Positions 38,801 through 49,065 of a stretch of 64,000 bases of DNA are shown here, piece after piece. The position numbers and the translations under genes are program-made. Below the pieces are notes generated by a model. It did not search any database. It had not been told where the DNA came from and worked only from the letters and a program-made list of their open reading frames with translations. The DNA is from a virus (Duplodnaviria; Caudoviricetes): IMG/VR virus record IMGVR_UViG_3300044712_000179, positions 1,024 to 65,023 of that record; one strand, 5' to 3'. Positions within the stretch are counted from its first letter, which is position 1. Every line of letters begins with the position of its first letter.

Positions 38801-41683
38801 CTCTATTCTAGCTTTGTCTTTAGGAGATACATCAAATGTAACACTTGAAAATCCGTCTGTTCCATTTGCTAAAATACTTTTAGCTATAGCAGATAATGAA
38901 CCAAATCTCTTATCTATATAAGCCTTTATATATCTTGATTTATCTTTAATGTCTTGTGTTTCAGCGCCTGATTCTATAGCTGCAATCATCTCCTCCATTT
39001 GGTCAAATGACATATCTGGAGTTATCACTCCGCTATCCACCAAGTCTTGATATTCTGCCATCTTGGCGTTCTTAGCAGCTGTTTCTTGGTCTGCTATTTC
39101 CTCTCTAATATATTTACCAACAGTCTCTGTATTAAACGGCTGATTGAATGAAACCTCAGTTCCTACTCTTCTGCTTGGTTTAATTCCATTGATAATTGTA
39201 TTAGCTACCTTGGCGTATCTAGGTAAATCTTTTACTTTAGATGGGTCTATTGATAAGAATGCTTTTGCAGCAGCAGATAGGTTTTGTTGACCTACCTTAG
39301 ACTTGGCATACTTTTTAATCAACCCTTTAAATCTATTAGCATCAGATAACTGCTTATCGTAATTAGCATCGTTAATTACATTAGAAACATATTCAACAAA
39401 TTTATCTACGCTTTCGTTATTAGATAGATTAACAGCATCATACTTCTTTAAGATACTCTGTAATTGAGCTGTCTTAATAGTGCCTCTTCTAGCTAATTCA
39501 GAAAGACCCTTAGATATTGTCTGTCTTGTATCCTTGATCCAAGTAGCTGTTTCTCTAGAAGCCTGTTCTTGTCTTTTAAGTAGTCTTTTAAGTGCTGTAG
39601 ATTCGTCAACGGTAATTTTCTTTTTTACATTACCTAAGATTCTATCTACCGAAGGAGCAGACTTCTGCTTAGTTCCAAATAGTTCAGTATCTAAATCTCT
39701 CAACATTTGCTCTCTAGTAACATCATTCGCTAATTCAAAAGCCTTAGACTTTTTGAAATTTTGAATAACATTATCTCTAACAGCGTCTTGCTTTCTACCT
39801 CTTTTAACGGATTCTTCTTGAACCTTCTTAGCTGTATTCCAAGCGGTCTTTCCGTCTTCTGTATTAAAAGATTCTGGAATTACTTCTTGTTGCGTCTCGC
39901 TGCTGATAGGGCGATTGCTATTATCTGCTTCATTGGTCGCTTGTTTTTGCTCGCCTTCAGTTCCCTGATATTGGCTGATATTGCTTGTTGTTGGGCCTTC
40001 TTGCTTTTGCCCTTCGCTGATTGTAGTGGCATTTTCTTCTGGTTTTATTTGTGATGTTGTTGTAGTTGCTTGTTCAGTAGGAGTTATTGTAACACCTTCT
40101 TCATCTACTTCTCCAGCCAATGGCTCAGGATTAGTATTAGCTTCGTTTATTCTCTTATCTAAATTTGAAATCTGTTGTGCTATCTCTGCTTGATTTGACT
40201 CATCCGCTTTTTTCAAAGCATCGCTTAATTGTCTCTTCTGCATAATTAATCCATAGATAGTAGGCTGTTTCTCTTCAGGAACATTTGGATTATCTTGTCT
40301 AATCTTATTCCACTCATCTATCTTTTTCATCTCATCCTTCACTTGCTGTTCAGTCATAAGACCTTCAGCTTGCTTATTCTTGAGTTCAGATTCAACGAAG
40401 TTTCTATCTAATGTAGATAGGTAATTTGTAGCTTGAGATTTATACCATTTATCTATCTTTCTTGAAGCAGCACCTCCAGCGCCAGCTATCGTAGCAATAG
40501 CACCGCCTGCAATTAACTCTCCTTTTGCATTATCTAACGCTCTATCAAGAACATTTAAATCCTGCCCTGTAGTGGTCTCTGTGGCTAAGTCTCTAATAGA
40601 ACTAGCAAGACCAGCAACAGATGCATCTAATGCTAAACTAACAGCTGGTTCTTTTGCTTTTTGCAAATAAGCCTTAGTGGCATTTACAAATCCTTCTCCA
40701 GCTTTCTTCGTAGCAGCGGAGAATGCCTTTCCGATTTGAGCGTCAGCAAGTGTGCTAATAACCCCTTCTAATGCACCACTAGATAAATAGGTAAATCTAT
40801 TAGCCTTAGATACATCGTAGGCATCTTGCTCAGAAAGACCTTGGTCTCTAGCAATATTATACGCTTCTTCTTCTGATTGATTTCCCTGAGATAGTGCATT
40901 GATAGCAGCTTGTAATCCAGAGTTGGCGGCTGATATCTTAATAGCATCAAGACCAACTTTCGCTAATTTAGCTCCAACTCCAGCAGCGCCAATAGGTGCA
41001 AATGTAGTAGCTAATTGAGCGGCTGTTTGACCAGCCATTTCTCCATATTCTCTAGCCTTACTAGCTTCTTCATCTATAACCATTTGGTTATATCTTCTTT
41101 TGGATTCTCTTTCTCTTATTTTATCTTCTTCTGAAACAAATGGGTTGTAATACTTTACAGACTCTTCTATACCATTGAAATATCCATTCCACCCATCAGC
41201 GATAGCACCTAAAACAGATGGTGCACTTCTGATAATTTCTTTATTTCCTTGCTCGTCTTCTGTAATTTTAAAGTCTCCTGTTTGAACACCTTTAGCTAAG
41301 TTTGTTCTATATACATCTTCTGGCATAACACCAGTTCTGAACTTCTTTGCAACAGTATTTTCTATGGCTGTTTTAAGCTCTTTATTAGCCTCTACATTTT
41401 GATTAATGATAGGCTCTAATACATCTTGGGATATAATAGGCTTAGCCTGTACAGGCATAGGCGCAGGAGTAGCTGTCTTTTGCTCTGATTTTACCTTAGT
41501 TGGCTTCTCTTGTTTCTTGTATGGAGAAAACGCAGTACTCTCAGGACTTTGTTCTAGGATTTTTTTAAGCAATCCAGCTTTCGGTCTTTGGTAGTCAACT
41601 GATGTATTTAAACCCTCGTATGAAAGGTTATTAGGTGTATCTTTTTGAGTTAAATCTATCTTGTCAAATGTTCCTTTAGCCAT
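35858..41683 (-). CDS. Large internal virion/ejection protein (1941 aa)
   Basis: Size, Ala/Gly-rich helical segments, position after tail genes. Confidence 0.6.
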   Translation of the reverse strand: MAKGTFDKIDLTQKDTPNNLSYEGLNTSVDYQRPKAGLLKKILEQSPESTAFSPYKKQEKPTKVKSEQKTATPAPMPVQAKPIISQDVLEPIINQNVEANKELKTAIENTVAKKFRTGVMPEDVYRTNLAKGVQTGDFKITEDEQGNKEIIRSAPSVLGAIADGWNGYFNGIEESVKYYNPFVSEEDKIRERESKRRYNQMVIDEEASKAREYGEMAGQTAAQLATTFAPIGAAGVGAKLAKVGLDAIKISAANSGLQAAINALSQGNQSEEEAYNIARDQGLSEQDAYDVSKANRFTYLSSGALEGVISTLADAQIGKAFSAATKKAGEGFVNATKAYLQKAKEPAVSLALDASVAGLASSIRDLATETTTGQDLNVLDRALDNAKGELIAGGAIATIAGAGGAASRKIDKWYKSQATNYLSTLDRNFVESELKNKQAEGLMTEQQVKDEMKKIDEWNKIRQDNPNVPEEKQPTIYGLIMQKRQLSDALKKADESNQAEIAQQISNLDKRINEANTNPEPLAGEVDEEGVTITPTEQATTTTSQIKPEENATTISEGQKQEGPTTSNISQYQGTEGEQKQATNEADNSNRPISSETQQEVIPESFNTEDGKTAWNTAKKVQEESVKRGRKQDAVRDNVIQNFKKSKAFELANDVTREQMLRDLDTELFGTKQKSAPSVDRILGNVKKKITVDESTALKRLLKRQEQASRETATWIKDTRQTISKGLSELARRGTIKTAQLQSILKKYDAVNLSNNESVDKFVEYVSNVINDANYDKQLSDANRFKGLIKKYAKSKVGQQNLSAAAKAFLSIDPSKVKDLPRYAKVANTIINGIKPSRRVGTEVSFNQPFNTETVGKYIREEIADQETAAKNAKMAEYQDLVDSGVITPDMSFDQMEEMIAAIESGAETQDIKDKSRYIKAYIDKRFGSLSAIAKSILANGTDGFSSVTFDVSPKDKARIEELLKIDITSMKLDDAYRAIEALSNFTTNGQTSGLDAVLAGHEGDVNSEAFAKKYPKAPSDAVANSKAIKKKGFTKFAKELGTKGINAFLENFSSIPVYFNTIFGDTKSTEFLEKSGFKGVENGRAKAVTTINTMIDNFVKTFEKKKPNGEDFSSQNNVFERGIYAYVRRNLGLDEKQNQAEFLKKKELAQSSINAMRESGGDDAAVAEVYQEIYDKILADANTIQDVEAKMDKTNIEAVDWWTNKWAEYYPELKDVSLNIYNQDLGNDNRYNPVIFRTLKREANAEQDPLETGAFASYADNIPSKKSGVLMKTTPLSDVPAGRYIDFNFDYNTSKAMDRALTDIYTARDIKKLRSFVKSKNYNKIFNSQDQANLALDKMKNYIVRARGFDAVDPSSYTELRRTFNGLNTLVASRSLASLWAPVKQTIPTLTNTLVNAGASNVKIGDFRDPDVINFIKNSGRAIANRGIEAEGFIESTNKILDKTASGPLSKLGGKIVDINKWWLQKMLGNFDKNAAIISFMAYYRQSLKEQGIDPNGIDWKNHKINDFAADYAQNMVDVQQNVTDRALAGEFMASRDNTKTFIRNTLMPFGSFNINQKARMLSDIKNAGSKTNTLQDRQKARRSLYALAAEMAVFSAVKSAQMIAYTTAANALAGVVLGEKEKEDLYNRAIKSMTTNMFNDILSPLPFTDKIVDRGINAVLNNTVYKGTPSDLRFNLYQGDNKDEFDNLGFAGIAMKKASQAGTMINEGISGDVVKSYFGKDYVQKIADEDRGLAAAMAAINVASQLGILPADNLPNATMKAIEGKAMNKQQKEAYDAIKALPTSEAPVDVKVGIAKAAGYKDPESRAKYLISLYKKGGEAFMKAMAAADEAETESGKNPLAKILDDATAANVTAITSGDEDKMKFGRLFSLKSQESRVFKMMEMKKAMGEEKFYNTLKWGMEYGLLNDSGLSLFGKKLRETVKENSPEYEMAIRAIEEE

Positions 41684-41733
41684 AATCTACATTGTTATGC
41701 AAATCTAGCCATTTTTTGCCATTAAGGAGCTTA

Positions 41734-42948
41734 TTATTGACCTGTAAACGCGTTTAATCTACTTCCCTTTCCCTTCTTACTCTTAGCGAAATTAATCTGT
41801 GATTGTCTTACATCTTTTAAGTCTACACCTTTCTTTTTAGCAGCCGCTTGTACAGATGGAACGTTCTCAGAGCCAGCCTTCAAGAAGTTATTTAACATAT
41901 CTTTTTCTTGAGTGTATCCAAACTTATCAAATTGCAATCCAAGAGACTGAGCAGCTAATCTATACTTCTTCTCTCCAAGCTTACTCTTCATATCTTGTAA
42001 AACAGCCTTAAACTTAGTCTCGTCAGGCTTTTGCTTTGCAATAGTAGGCTCTAACAATCCAGTTGAACCTGCAAGTACCAATGCTGGGGTAAATTCATTC
42101 TCGTCAGTAGAACCTTGCATTAATCTCTGGTATTTATCCATAGCTATCTTTCTTTGAGAAAGCGCTAATGGGTCAGTTGTATCTTCTGGTATATTTAATC
42201 CAGCTTGTATCTCATCATATAAATCTTTAGCTGTATTTGCTAATCCAGAATCAATAGCCATTAATCCACCAGCAGCATCCATCATAGCTTTTCTGCTTCT
42301 TAACTTAGGAGTTACCATATATGGTATTGCAACATCTCCATATCCTGTAATAGTAACCTTTTTTGATAATTCTGGCTGTTCATATGCAACGCCTTCACCA
42401 AGAGGAATAGCTTTTAATGTAGCAGCCAATCTATTCAAGCTGTCTTTGCCGGCTGTTAATGGTAATTTATAAGGAGAATCAAATTGTGAAAAATCCATCT
42501 CTGAAGCTGGCTTAGTTGTAAGATACATTAACTCATCACTTACCTGAGATGGCATAGACCTATTCTGCTTGTACAGATTGTTTCTATATTCTATTCTTTC
42601 ATTAATCAAGTTCTTAGCTGTAGCAGAGTTCTTATAGATAGTATTCATACTGTTTAACGCCTTGTCTTTCAATGCGCTAGCCAATGCTATTTCCTCTGGT
42701 TTTGCTCCAGCTTGATTTAATCTAGAGTATCTTAATGCAGCATCTTTGTATTGCTTGAAAGAAGATATAAAGTCAGGTAAATCGCTGTCTCTCAACTTCT
42801 TAGCATCATAGTTGTCCTGATAATCTTCTAGCTGTTTTTGAACTAGTTGATCTTGTTTAAACTTAATTTCAGCAGCTTGATTAATGCCATTGATTAATCC
42901 TTGCGTCATTCCCGATGTGTCTACAAAAGATGGTTTATATTGAGCCAT
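41734..42948 (-). CDS. Putative internal virion protein
   Basis: Helical protein in ejection-protein position. Confidence 0.55.
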   Translation of the reverse strand: MAQYKPSFVDTSGMTQGLINGINQAAEIKFKQDQLVQKQLEDYQDNYDAKKLRDSDLPDFISSFKQYKDAALRYSRLNQAGAKPEEIALASALKDKALNSMNTIYKNSATAKNLINERIEYRNNLYKQNRSMPSQVSDELMYLTTKPASEMDFSQFDSPYKLPLTAGKDSLNRLAATLKAIPLGEGVAYEQPELSKKVTITGYGDVAIPYMVTPKLRSRKAMMDAAGGLMAIDSGLANTAKDLYDEIQAGLNIPEDTTDPLALSQRKIAMDKYQRLMQGSTDENEFTPALVLAGSTGLLEPTIAKQKPDETKFKAVLQDMKSKLGEKKYRLAAQSLGLQFDKFGYTQEKDMLNNFLKAGSENVPSVQAAAKKKGVDLKDVRQSQINFAKSKKGKGSRLNAFTGQ

Positions 42949-42951
42949 ATG

Positions 42952-43713
42952 TTAATATAGTGGTTTTCTTAATAAAGAATTAGATAATGCTCTTTGAGAA
43001 GCAGATGGTCTAGGCGTAACTCCTAATAAAGGAGCTCCGTATGTTTTAGGGCTTAATCCGCTAAATGGAGCTTTAGGAAGAGATGATACAGGCATTGTTT
43101 GTAATGCTTGTTGACCACCACCTAAATTCATTCCTCCGCCAGTAGGTATTTTCATAGCGTCTAATTTAAACGCGCTACCAACAGCATCTCCAATACCCTT
43201 TAATGCAGAAGAAATAGAGGCATCAGACTCTTGTCTTTGATTTCCCCAGTAGTCGGCAGCTTCTTGTCTTTTTCTCAATTCATTCTGTTGTTCTAATCCA
43301 GCGATATTAAATAAAGCCTGATTTGCAGCTTGTTGACCCTGTCTTCTTAAATTCTCATCCATAGTGGCCATTTCTAGCGCATTATCGCCAGCATTAGCCA
43401 CAACTGAACCTATACCTCCTAAAGCAGCACGACGGCCAGAAAGAGCTCCTAATGCCGCTGATTGAGCTCTACCAGCTTGTTGGCTGTATAATGCTCTCGC
43501 AGCGTCTCCAATTCCTTGTTGAGCCTGAGACTGCATATTCTTTAAATAGTCGTAATACTTAGAGCCAATGCCCATAGATTGACTTGCGTCAAAGTTCTTC
43601 TTTAACTCTCTACTAGCTAATCTTTTCTTACCGCTAAATAAGCTATTTTCTCCTATCAGGAGCTGTCCTATTGAAGGGGCTGCTTGTATTGCTGCCATCG
43701 CTAATGGGCCCAT
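42952..43713 (-). CDS. Putative DNA-pilot/ejection protein
   Basis: A/G/Q-rich with hydrophobic N-terminus, follows the muzzle gene. Confidence 0.55.
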   Translation of the reverse strand: MGPLAMAAIQAAPSIGQLLIGENSLFSGKKRLASRELKKNFDASQSMGIGSKYYDYLKNMQSQAQQGIGDAARALYSQQAGRAQSAALGALSGRRAALGGIGSVVANAGDNALEMATMDENLRRQGQQAANQALFNIAGLEQQNELRKRQEAADYWGNQRQESDASISSALKGIGDAVGSAFKLDAMKIPTGGGMNLGGGQQALQTMPVSSLPKAPFSGLSPKTYGAPLLGVTPRPSASQRALSNSLLRKPLY

Positions 43714-43716
43714 ATT

Positions 43717-46700
43717 CTATCTATTATTATAAGGTTGTAAAATTCCAAGTTCCATATAGTACAAATCTACTAAGTTTTGCGGATTTACTGGCGTAAATTT
43801 AATTTCTATCCAGCTACCCTTCAATACATTGCCATTATACAGCCCACCTGCACTATTGATATCTCTCTTAAATGCAGCGTGATATTTGTCATCTTTGATT
43901 CTAAAATCAGATGCAACTAACTGAGATTGCTGATTCATATTAGTATTGATATCACCAGCTGTAGGAGCAATCCAAGTGGTGTTCCCTAAAGTAGTTAATG
44001 TATTGTAATGCTTTTTGATGTTTTGAGAATCGTTGAATACCACCTTTAAGCTAGGTGTCTTCTGTTCTCCATAGAAATTAGCATAAGCTGAAGTATTGTT
44101 ATGAACCCATAATTCTCCGTCTTTCCAACTGATAATTAAGTTACCAGCCGTCTCTATCCATTCTGGGTAGTAGTCGTAGAAGGCGCTATATGCATTTCTA
44201 GCCTCAGAGAATCCGAATGTATAGTCTGGTAATTCAGATCCACTTCCTTGCATACAAGTAATGAACTCTTCTTCAAATGCATCATATACTCCAAGTATCT
44301 TAGCGTATCCACCATCTCCAAATTTATCAGCATAAGTAGTTTTTTGATACTTAGATATCTTATCTGTGAAGAAGAAGTGTGTTTTGTATGTTTCTGTCAA
44401 AGATGTCATACCTCCATCAGACAATCTAATCTGACATCCTAATACAGGGTCTGTAAAGTAGTCTGCTCTAGCAGATGATGCTAATGAGCAGTATTGACCA
44501 CCTATTCCATAATCTCCCTTGTAGTATTGAATTTTATTCAATATCTCTGTACTTTGAGCAACAACAGTATTTCCATCTGCTGTTTGTAGCATATTTTGTA
44601 AGATAGGAGCCATACCACAAGCCCTACTTTGGAATACTCTTAATTCTCTACCTCTTGTCTTTAATCTTTGAATATCTCCTCTTTCTCTATCATAATCATC
44701 CAAGTTTCCAGAAAGGAATTTATTGGTATTATTGATACTTGTATTTTGTTGATACTCTAAAGAATATCTAACAGTACTTGGGTAATATGTTTCTTTAGCG
44801 TAATCATCTATTACCAATGCTCTTCCAGTATTAGATATCTTAGATGCATACTTATCTGAAACAGATTTATCAAATATGTACAATCCTCCTCTATTTCTAG
44901 AATAAACATCCCCTCTACTGAATATGAACATAGCTGGTGTAGGCATTGTTACGCCAAGTTGATTGTCAGCTGTATTATCCGTATAAGTGGTAGTAGTATT
45001 ATCATTGATTGTAGCCAATAATTTATACTGAGAACTATTTGCTGTTGTTCTATATATTTTTCTTTGTGTAGTTCCAGTAGGGCCTATAGCAATATTACTT
45101 AAGGCAATCTTAGTAGAACCTGTAACAGTAGTTATCGTATTAGATTCATTACTAGGAGTAGATACTCCGCTAGGTGTAACGAACTCTACTCTGTACTTAT
45201 ACTTACCTAAATTAATATTACCGGCTTCCACTAATAGTGTAGCTGTTAAAGCAGAAGGAACAAGTATACTAGAGTTTGTTCCAGATACCTGAGATAAAAG
45301 TTGACCTTGGTGAACCCTCTGACCATTAATATCCGTAATAATTTTATATGTCTCTCCAAATTCATAGAATACTTGTAAGTTAGGGTCTGTAGAGCCAACT
45401 GCAGGAGTGTATACCTCTATGAAATACTCATTAGCTACAACAGCTCCAGCTGATTCCCATCCAGACATAAATGTTGAATCATATGCTAATTTTAAATAAG
45501 AACCAGTAGTATTTAATAATGTAGGAAGCATATCTAAGATAGCGTAATCCTTCACTGTTACTATAGCGCTGTTTCTTAATCCGTATATTCTAACTCTATC
45601 CCCTTTACTAAAAGTGTATATTGGATATCCAGCTGTATTAGTATTATAAGGAGTAATATTTAAATATCCGTAATTCGTATCCTTGTAAGTATTCAAGGTA
45701 GTCATCATCTTAAACTCTCCTACTGTAGTATTATTCGTTCTTACGAAAGAATAGTATTTTGCCCAAGTTGGAGGAGTATGATTTATTTTAATTGTAACCT
45801 CTGGTACGCTTAATGGCTTATTACCAACATTAGTACACTGAGCCTCTGGCATCAATATTTTTAAACCTTCATTTGTTATAACGCCATTTGTTACACCATA
45901 TTCATCAAAATAAGCAATACCAAACTGATACTTAGAGCTATGCTTGTAAACAGCACTATTAATTTCTGTTGGGATGGTTGATGAAGCGTATACAATTTGG
46001 TACACTCCTGTAACTACATCTGTGCCAACAGTGCTTCCAAATGTAACTCCGGGATTTCCACCAGAAGTAATATCAATAGCTGTATATCCATCAGCAATAG
46101 CTTGAGCTTGTAAGTCATCTATAATAGATGCTAAAGTATCTCCAGTGATTACTGTATGGTCGTAATATCTATAAGTTACAGGGCCAGAATCTGGTGTAAT
46201 TGTTAAAACAACTTTAACATAATCTCCTACTACTGGTGTTCCGTAGAATACATATGAATATTTTCTTCCAGAAGCAAAAGCAGAGATGGTCATAGGAATT
46301 TCATTTCCTGCACCACCTGCAACTACAGATGCAACTGAAGCTATAATATCTGTTGTGCTTACAGGAGTATTACCCTCTGTAATACCGCCATAAACAATTA
46401 CATTACCATTCAATAATTCTTGTGCATTTGCTTTCTTAGGAACATAGTCAAATAATTGAACAGAATCTGTACTATCCGCTAAAGGATATGCACCATCATT
46501 CAAGAATCTAAATGTATAGGTTGATTCATTCGCAATGCCTAATGTAGACTTTGTAAGAGTAGTTACGATAGCTCTATCAGAAAATACACTAGAAACGGCT
46601 TCTCTTACTGATATCTCTATTTTTACTGCATCAGCTGGACCTGTCTCTATAATAGAGTCTATAGCGTTGTTCTTAGTTGGATCTGATTCTATGGCTAAAT

Positions 46701-47232
46701 CATCTGTACTATAAGGCGCAGACATCTTACCCCAAGGACTCCAACAAGACTTTGTATTATCATTATATACCCATCTATAACTAAATTGAAACAGCTTATT
46801 TTTTAAGTTGTTTACATTGATAGGGGTTCCGTTAGGAGCGATAGCATTTTGATAAGTAGAGATAGGTGCAACCAAAGGCATCTTTCTAGCAACAGTCAAA
46901 TATTCTTTCTTCCAAGCTGTTCCGTACAGCTTATCTAAAGCATCCTTGATATTCAATTTCATAGGTCTATTCAACCTATCTGTCCAATGTAAAATATCCC
47001 CATCAGCCTCTGTTCTATATAATATATTCACAGACGCAATAGGATATTTGGGGTCAAACCCAAATAGGTCTTCCGCGCTGTCTACAAAAGATATCAATAA
47101 CGGAGTAATTGTATTTAATTTAACATCATATACATATATACCGCTATATCCAGCAGAGTTGTAGTTAAAGAAGAATACCCTATGCTTTAATTCATCATAA
47201 TGAGAACCTATACATTGATTGGTAGAAGCCAT
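43717..47232 (-). CDS. Tail stabilisation/muzzle-like protein lacking its usual N-terminal module
   Basis: CIG..DE..R.FF, L.WTD..N.P.K.N, YGIG..SLAS, SAFYDYYPE, W.HN, NFYG, LKG.W; inserted FN3-like domain. Confidence 0.75.
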   Translation of the reverse strand: MASTNQCIGSHYDELKHRVFFFNYNSAGYSGIYVYDVKLNTITPLLISFVDSAEDLFGFDPKYPIASVNILYRTEADGDILHWTDRLNRPMKLNIKDALDKLYGTAWKKEYLTVARKMPLVAPISTYQNAIAPNGTPINVNNLKNKLFQFSYRWVYNDNTKSCWSPWGKMSAPYSTDDLAIESDPTKNNAIDSIIETGPADAVKIEISVREAVSSVFSDRAIVTTLTKSTLGIANESTYTFRFLNDGAYPLADSTDSVQLFDYVPKKANAQELLNGNVIVYGGITEGNTPVSTTDIIASVASVVAGGAGNEIPMTISAFASGRKYSYVFYGTPVVGDYVKVVLTITPDSGPVTYRYYDHTVITGDTLASIIDDLQAQAIADGYTAIDITSGGNPGVTFGSTVGTDVVTGVYQIVYASSTIPTEINSAVYKHSSKYQFGIAYFDEYGVTNGVITNEGLKILMPEAQCTNVGNKPLSVPEVTIKINHTPPTWAKYYSFVRTNNTTVGEFKMMTTLNTYKDTNYGYLNITPYNTNTAGYPIYTFSKGDRVRIYGLRNSAIVTVKDYAILDMLPTLLNTTGSYLKLAYDSTFMSGWESAGAVVANEYFIEVYTPAVGSTDPNLQVFYEFGETYKIITDINGQRVHQGQLLSQVSGTNSSILVPSALTATLLVEAGNINLGKYKYRVEFVTPSGVSTPSNESNTITTVTGSTKIALSNIAIGPTGTTQRKIYRTTANSSQYKLLATINDNTTTTYTDNTADNQLGVTMPTPAMFIFSRGDVYSRNRGGLYIFDKSVSDKYASKISNTGRALVIDDYAKETYYPSTVRYSLEYQQNTSINNTNKFLSGNLDDYDRERGDIQRLKTRGRELRVFQSRACGMAPILQNMLQTADGNTVVAQSTEILNKIQYYKGDYGIGGQYCSLASSARADYFTDPVLGCQIRLSDGGMTSLTETYKTHFFFTDKISKYQKTTYADKFGDGGYAKILGVYDAFEEEFITCMQGSGSELPDYTFGFSEARNAYSAFYDYYPEWIETAGNLIISWKDGELWVHNNTSAYANFYGEQKTPSLKVVFNDSQNIKKHYNTLTTLGNTTWIAPTAGDINTNMNQQSQLVASDFRIKDDKYHAAFKRDINSAGGLYNGNVLKGSWIEIKFTPVNPQNLVDLYYMELGILQPYNNR

Positions 47233-47246
47233 TTATTAAGTTTTAA

Positions 47247-47486
47247 TTAGCTTTTGAAACGCATTGTTACAGACGATACGCAAGTTCCAGTTGATTGTAC
47301 TTTAATTTGAAAAGCACTATCTGGAACATCAGAATACCTAACAGCTACTCCCTGAGTGAAAGATTGACCTGTTTTAGGCCATCCGCTAGCAGAGATATCT
47401 GCTCCAGCATTATCCACAGGTGTAACAATAAAGTTAGCTGTATCTGCGCCTTTTGTCGAAAGTGTAACATCTACAATTTGAGCCAT
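47247..47486 (-). CDS. Small beta-rich virion-associated protein
   Basis: VPD..IKVQSTGTC; preceded by TATCTTTG box at 47508-47515. Confidence 0.6.
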   Translation of the reverse strand: MAQIVDVTLSTKGADTANFIVTPVDNAGADISASGWPKTGQSFTQGVAVRYSDVPDSAFQIKVQSTGTCVSSVTMRFKS

Positions 47487-47534
47487 AATTAATCTATTTT
47501 AAGTCGTTCAAAGATACGATTTTATGCTTGTTGA

Positions 47535-49064
47535 TTATACGCACTCGCAACCTGAATCTGGATACCAATTGTAAATCTGAGTTCCACTAGGAGAAGATGT
47601 AGTACCTGTAACAGTTAAACAAGTTCCAGTATCAGAAGAATATCCTTTTCCACCACCAGTTCCTGTTCCTGCCATATAGTAAATAGCTCCTGTACAGTTG
47701 TCATAGAATTGAGTAAATTCTGGACATCCAGTTTGACCTGTACTAGTCAATGCGTAAGAGCCAGCGTTTCCAGTTGATGTTACTGCTGTGATAACGAATG
47801 TAGCGCCACTTGCTGTAACTCTTTGTCCTACAGAGAATGAACCCTTAGTGTACACTATAGAGAATCCTGTTCCACCACTCATACAATCACTCAATACATA
47901 TACTTCAGAACAAGTGTTTGAATTATATTCTATAGGATAATCTCTTACGCCATTGTAATTTACAGCGCAAGGGTTGATTTGAATTTGAGGCTGATACAAT
48001 GTCGTTCCAGAACAATAGTTAGCGCCATTTGGCTGCCAGTTCTGTGTTGTATCAGGAGCTGTATTACTAGGGTTGGAAGAATAAGTAGTTCCACCTCCAA
48101 CAGAAGTGTACCACTGATTTCCACCGAAGCAAGGGTTAGAGTTTCTAAGAACAGCATATGTATTTACAGTTCCATTAGAACATACATACAATGTGCCATC
48201 GTTAATGCTGTACACAGCAGCTGTTGATTGACCGCAACATCCTCCACAATCGGTAGAATTAGATTGAGCCAACCCACCTTGTCTTGTCGCTAAATATTGA
48301 GAAGCACAAGGATTAGTCTGTTGTTCTACATAATATTTATCACATCCAGAACATTGATACTGACCGAATAGTACAGTCCAAGTTTGGTTGTAATTACAAG
48401 CAGAGCCTCCATTAATCCATCTCAGGTTATTGTAGCTAGGAGAACAAGGATTAATATCTCTTTGTTCTATTTGGCTTACACAGTTATTACATCTTGTAGC
48501 ACCAGTATTTTGCCAGTTTTCTGTATAGTTACAGCTTCCCGGAGTTGGAGATACATATCCATAATAAGTGTATCCTTCTGTTGGAGAACCTGCTCTAAAC
48601 TTCTGATACTCAGGAGAGAATGGATTTGTATCCATTTGAACTTGGAATGTATTACAAGGAGATACACAAGTGGTATATCCTTGATTTACCCAGTTAGGAG
48701 TATTATTTCCAATTAGTGAAGCTCCACCAGCTAAAGAGCATAATCTAAGAACAGATGTTCCAGCTAATGTACATTGAGGAATATAAGCGGCTGTTCCTGC
48801 TAATCCACAGGCTGCATACAAGAATGAAGTTCCCGCTAAATTACAGTTTGGTATATATGTTGCAGAACCCTCTAATCTACAGTTACTAACTACAAGAGAG
48901 CTGTTTGATATCTTTTGATTACCTCTGATTGCAGTAAAATGCATCTCAGGGCTATTGCCCTTAAATACGCCATTTCTAGCCTCTTTATGGTGCGAATTAG
49001 GAAATACATCGTTAGAGTCATCCAGATTCATTATACCCTGCAATGTCTTTCTTTCTGCTCCCAT
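47535..49064 (-). CDS. Muzzle-type N-terminal module fused to Cys-rich repeat protein
   Basis: GIMNLDD..P..H.EARN..I.GN, five C.L.G repeats, then W..G..C..NPC repeats. Confidence 0.75.
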   Translation of the reverse strand: MGAERKTLQGIMNLDDSNDVFPNSHHKEARNGVFKGNSPEMHFTAIRGNQKISNSSLVVSNCRLEGSATYIPNCNLAGTSFLYAACGLAGTAAYIPQCTLAGTSVLRLCSLAGGASLIGNNTPNWVNQGYTTCVSPCNTFQVQMDTNPFSPEYQKFRAGSPTEGYTYYGYVSPTPGSCNYTENWQNTGATRCNNCVSQIEQRDINPCSPSYNNLRWINGGSACNYNQTWTVLFGQYQCSGCDKYYVEQQTNPCASQYLATRQGGLAQSNSTDCGGCCGQSTAAVYSINDGTLYVCSNGTVNTYAVLRNSNPCFGGNQWYTSVGGGTTYSSNPSNTAPDTTQNWQPNGANYCSGTTLYQPQIQINPCAVNYNGVRDYPIEYNSNTCSEVYVLSDCMSGGTGFSIVYTKGSFSVGQRVTASGATFVITAVTSTGNAGSYALTSTGQTGCPEFTQFYDNCTGAIYYMAGTGTGGGKGYSSDTGTCLTVTGTTSSPSGTQIYNWYPDSGCECV

Positions 49065-49065
49065 A

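Noticed and set aside
47233-49065. Self-splicing intron or intein rejoining the muzzle gene
   Set aside because: The interval is fully occupied by two intact ORFs and a promoter box; no group I/II core or intein motifs recognised
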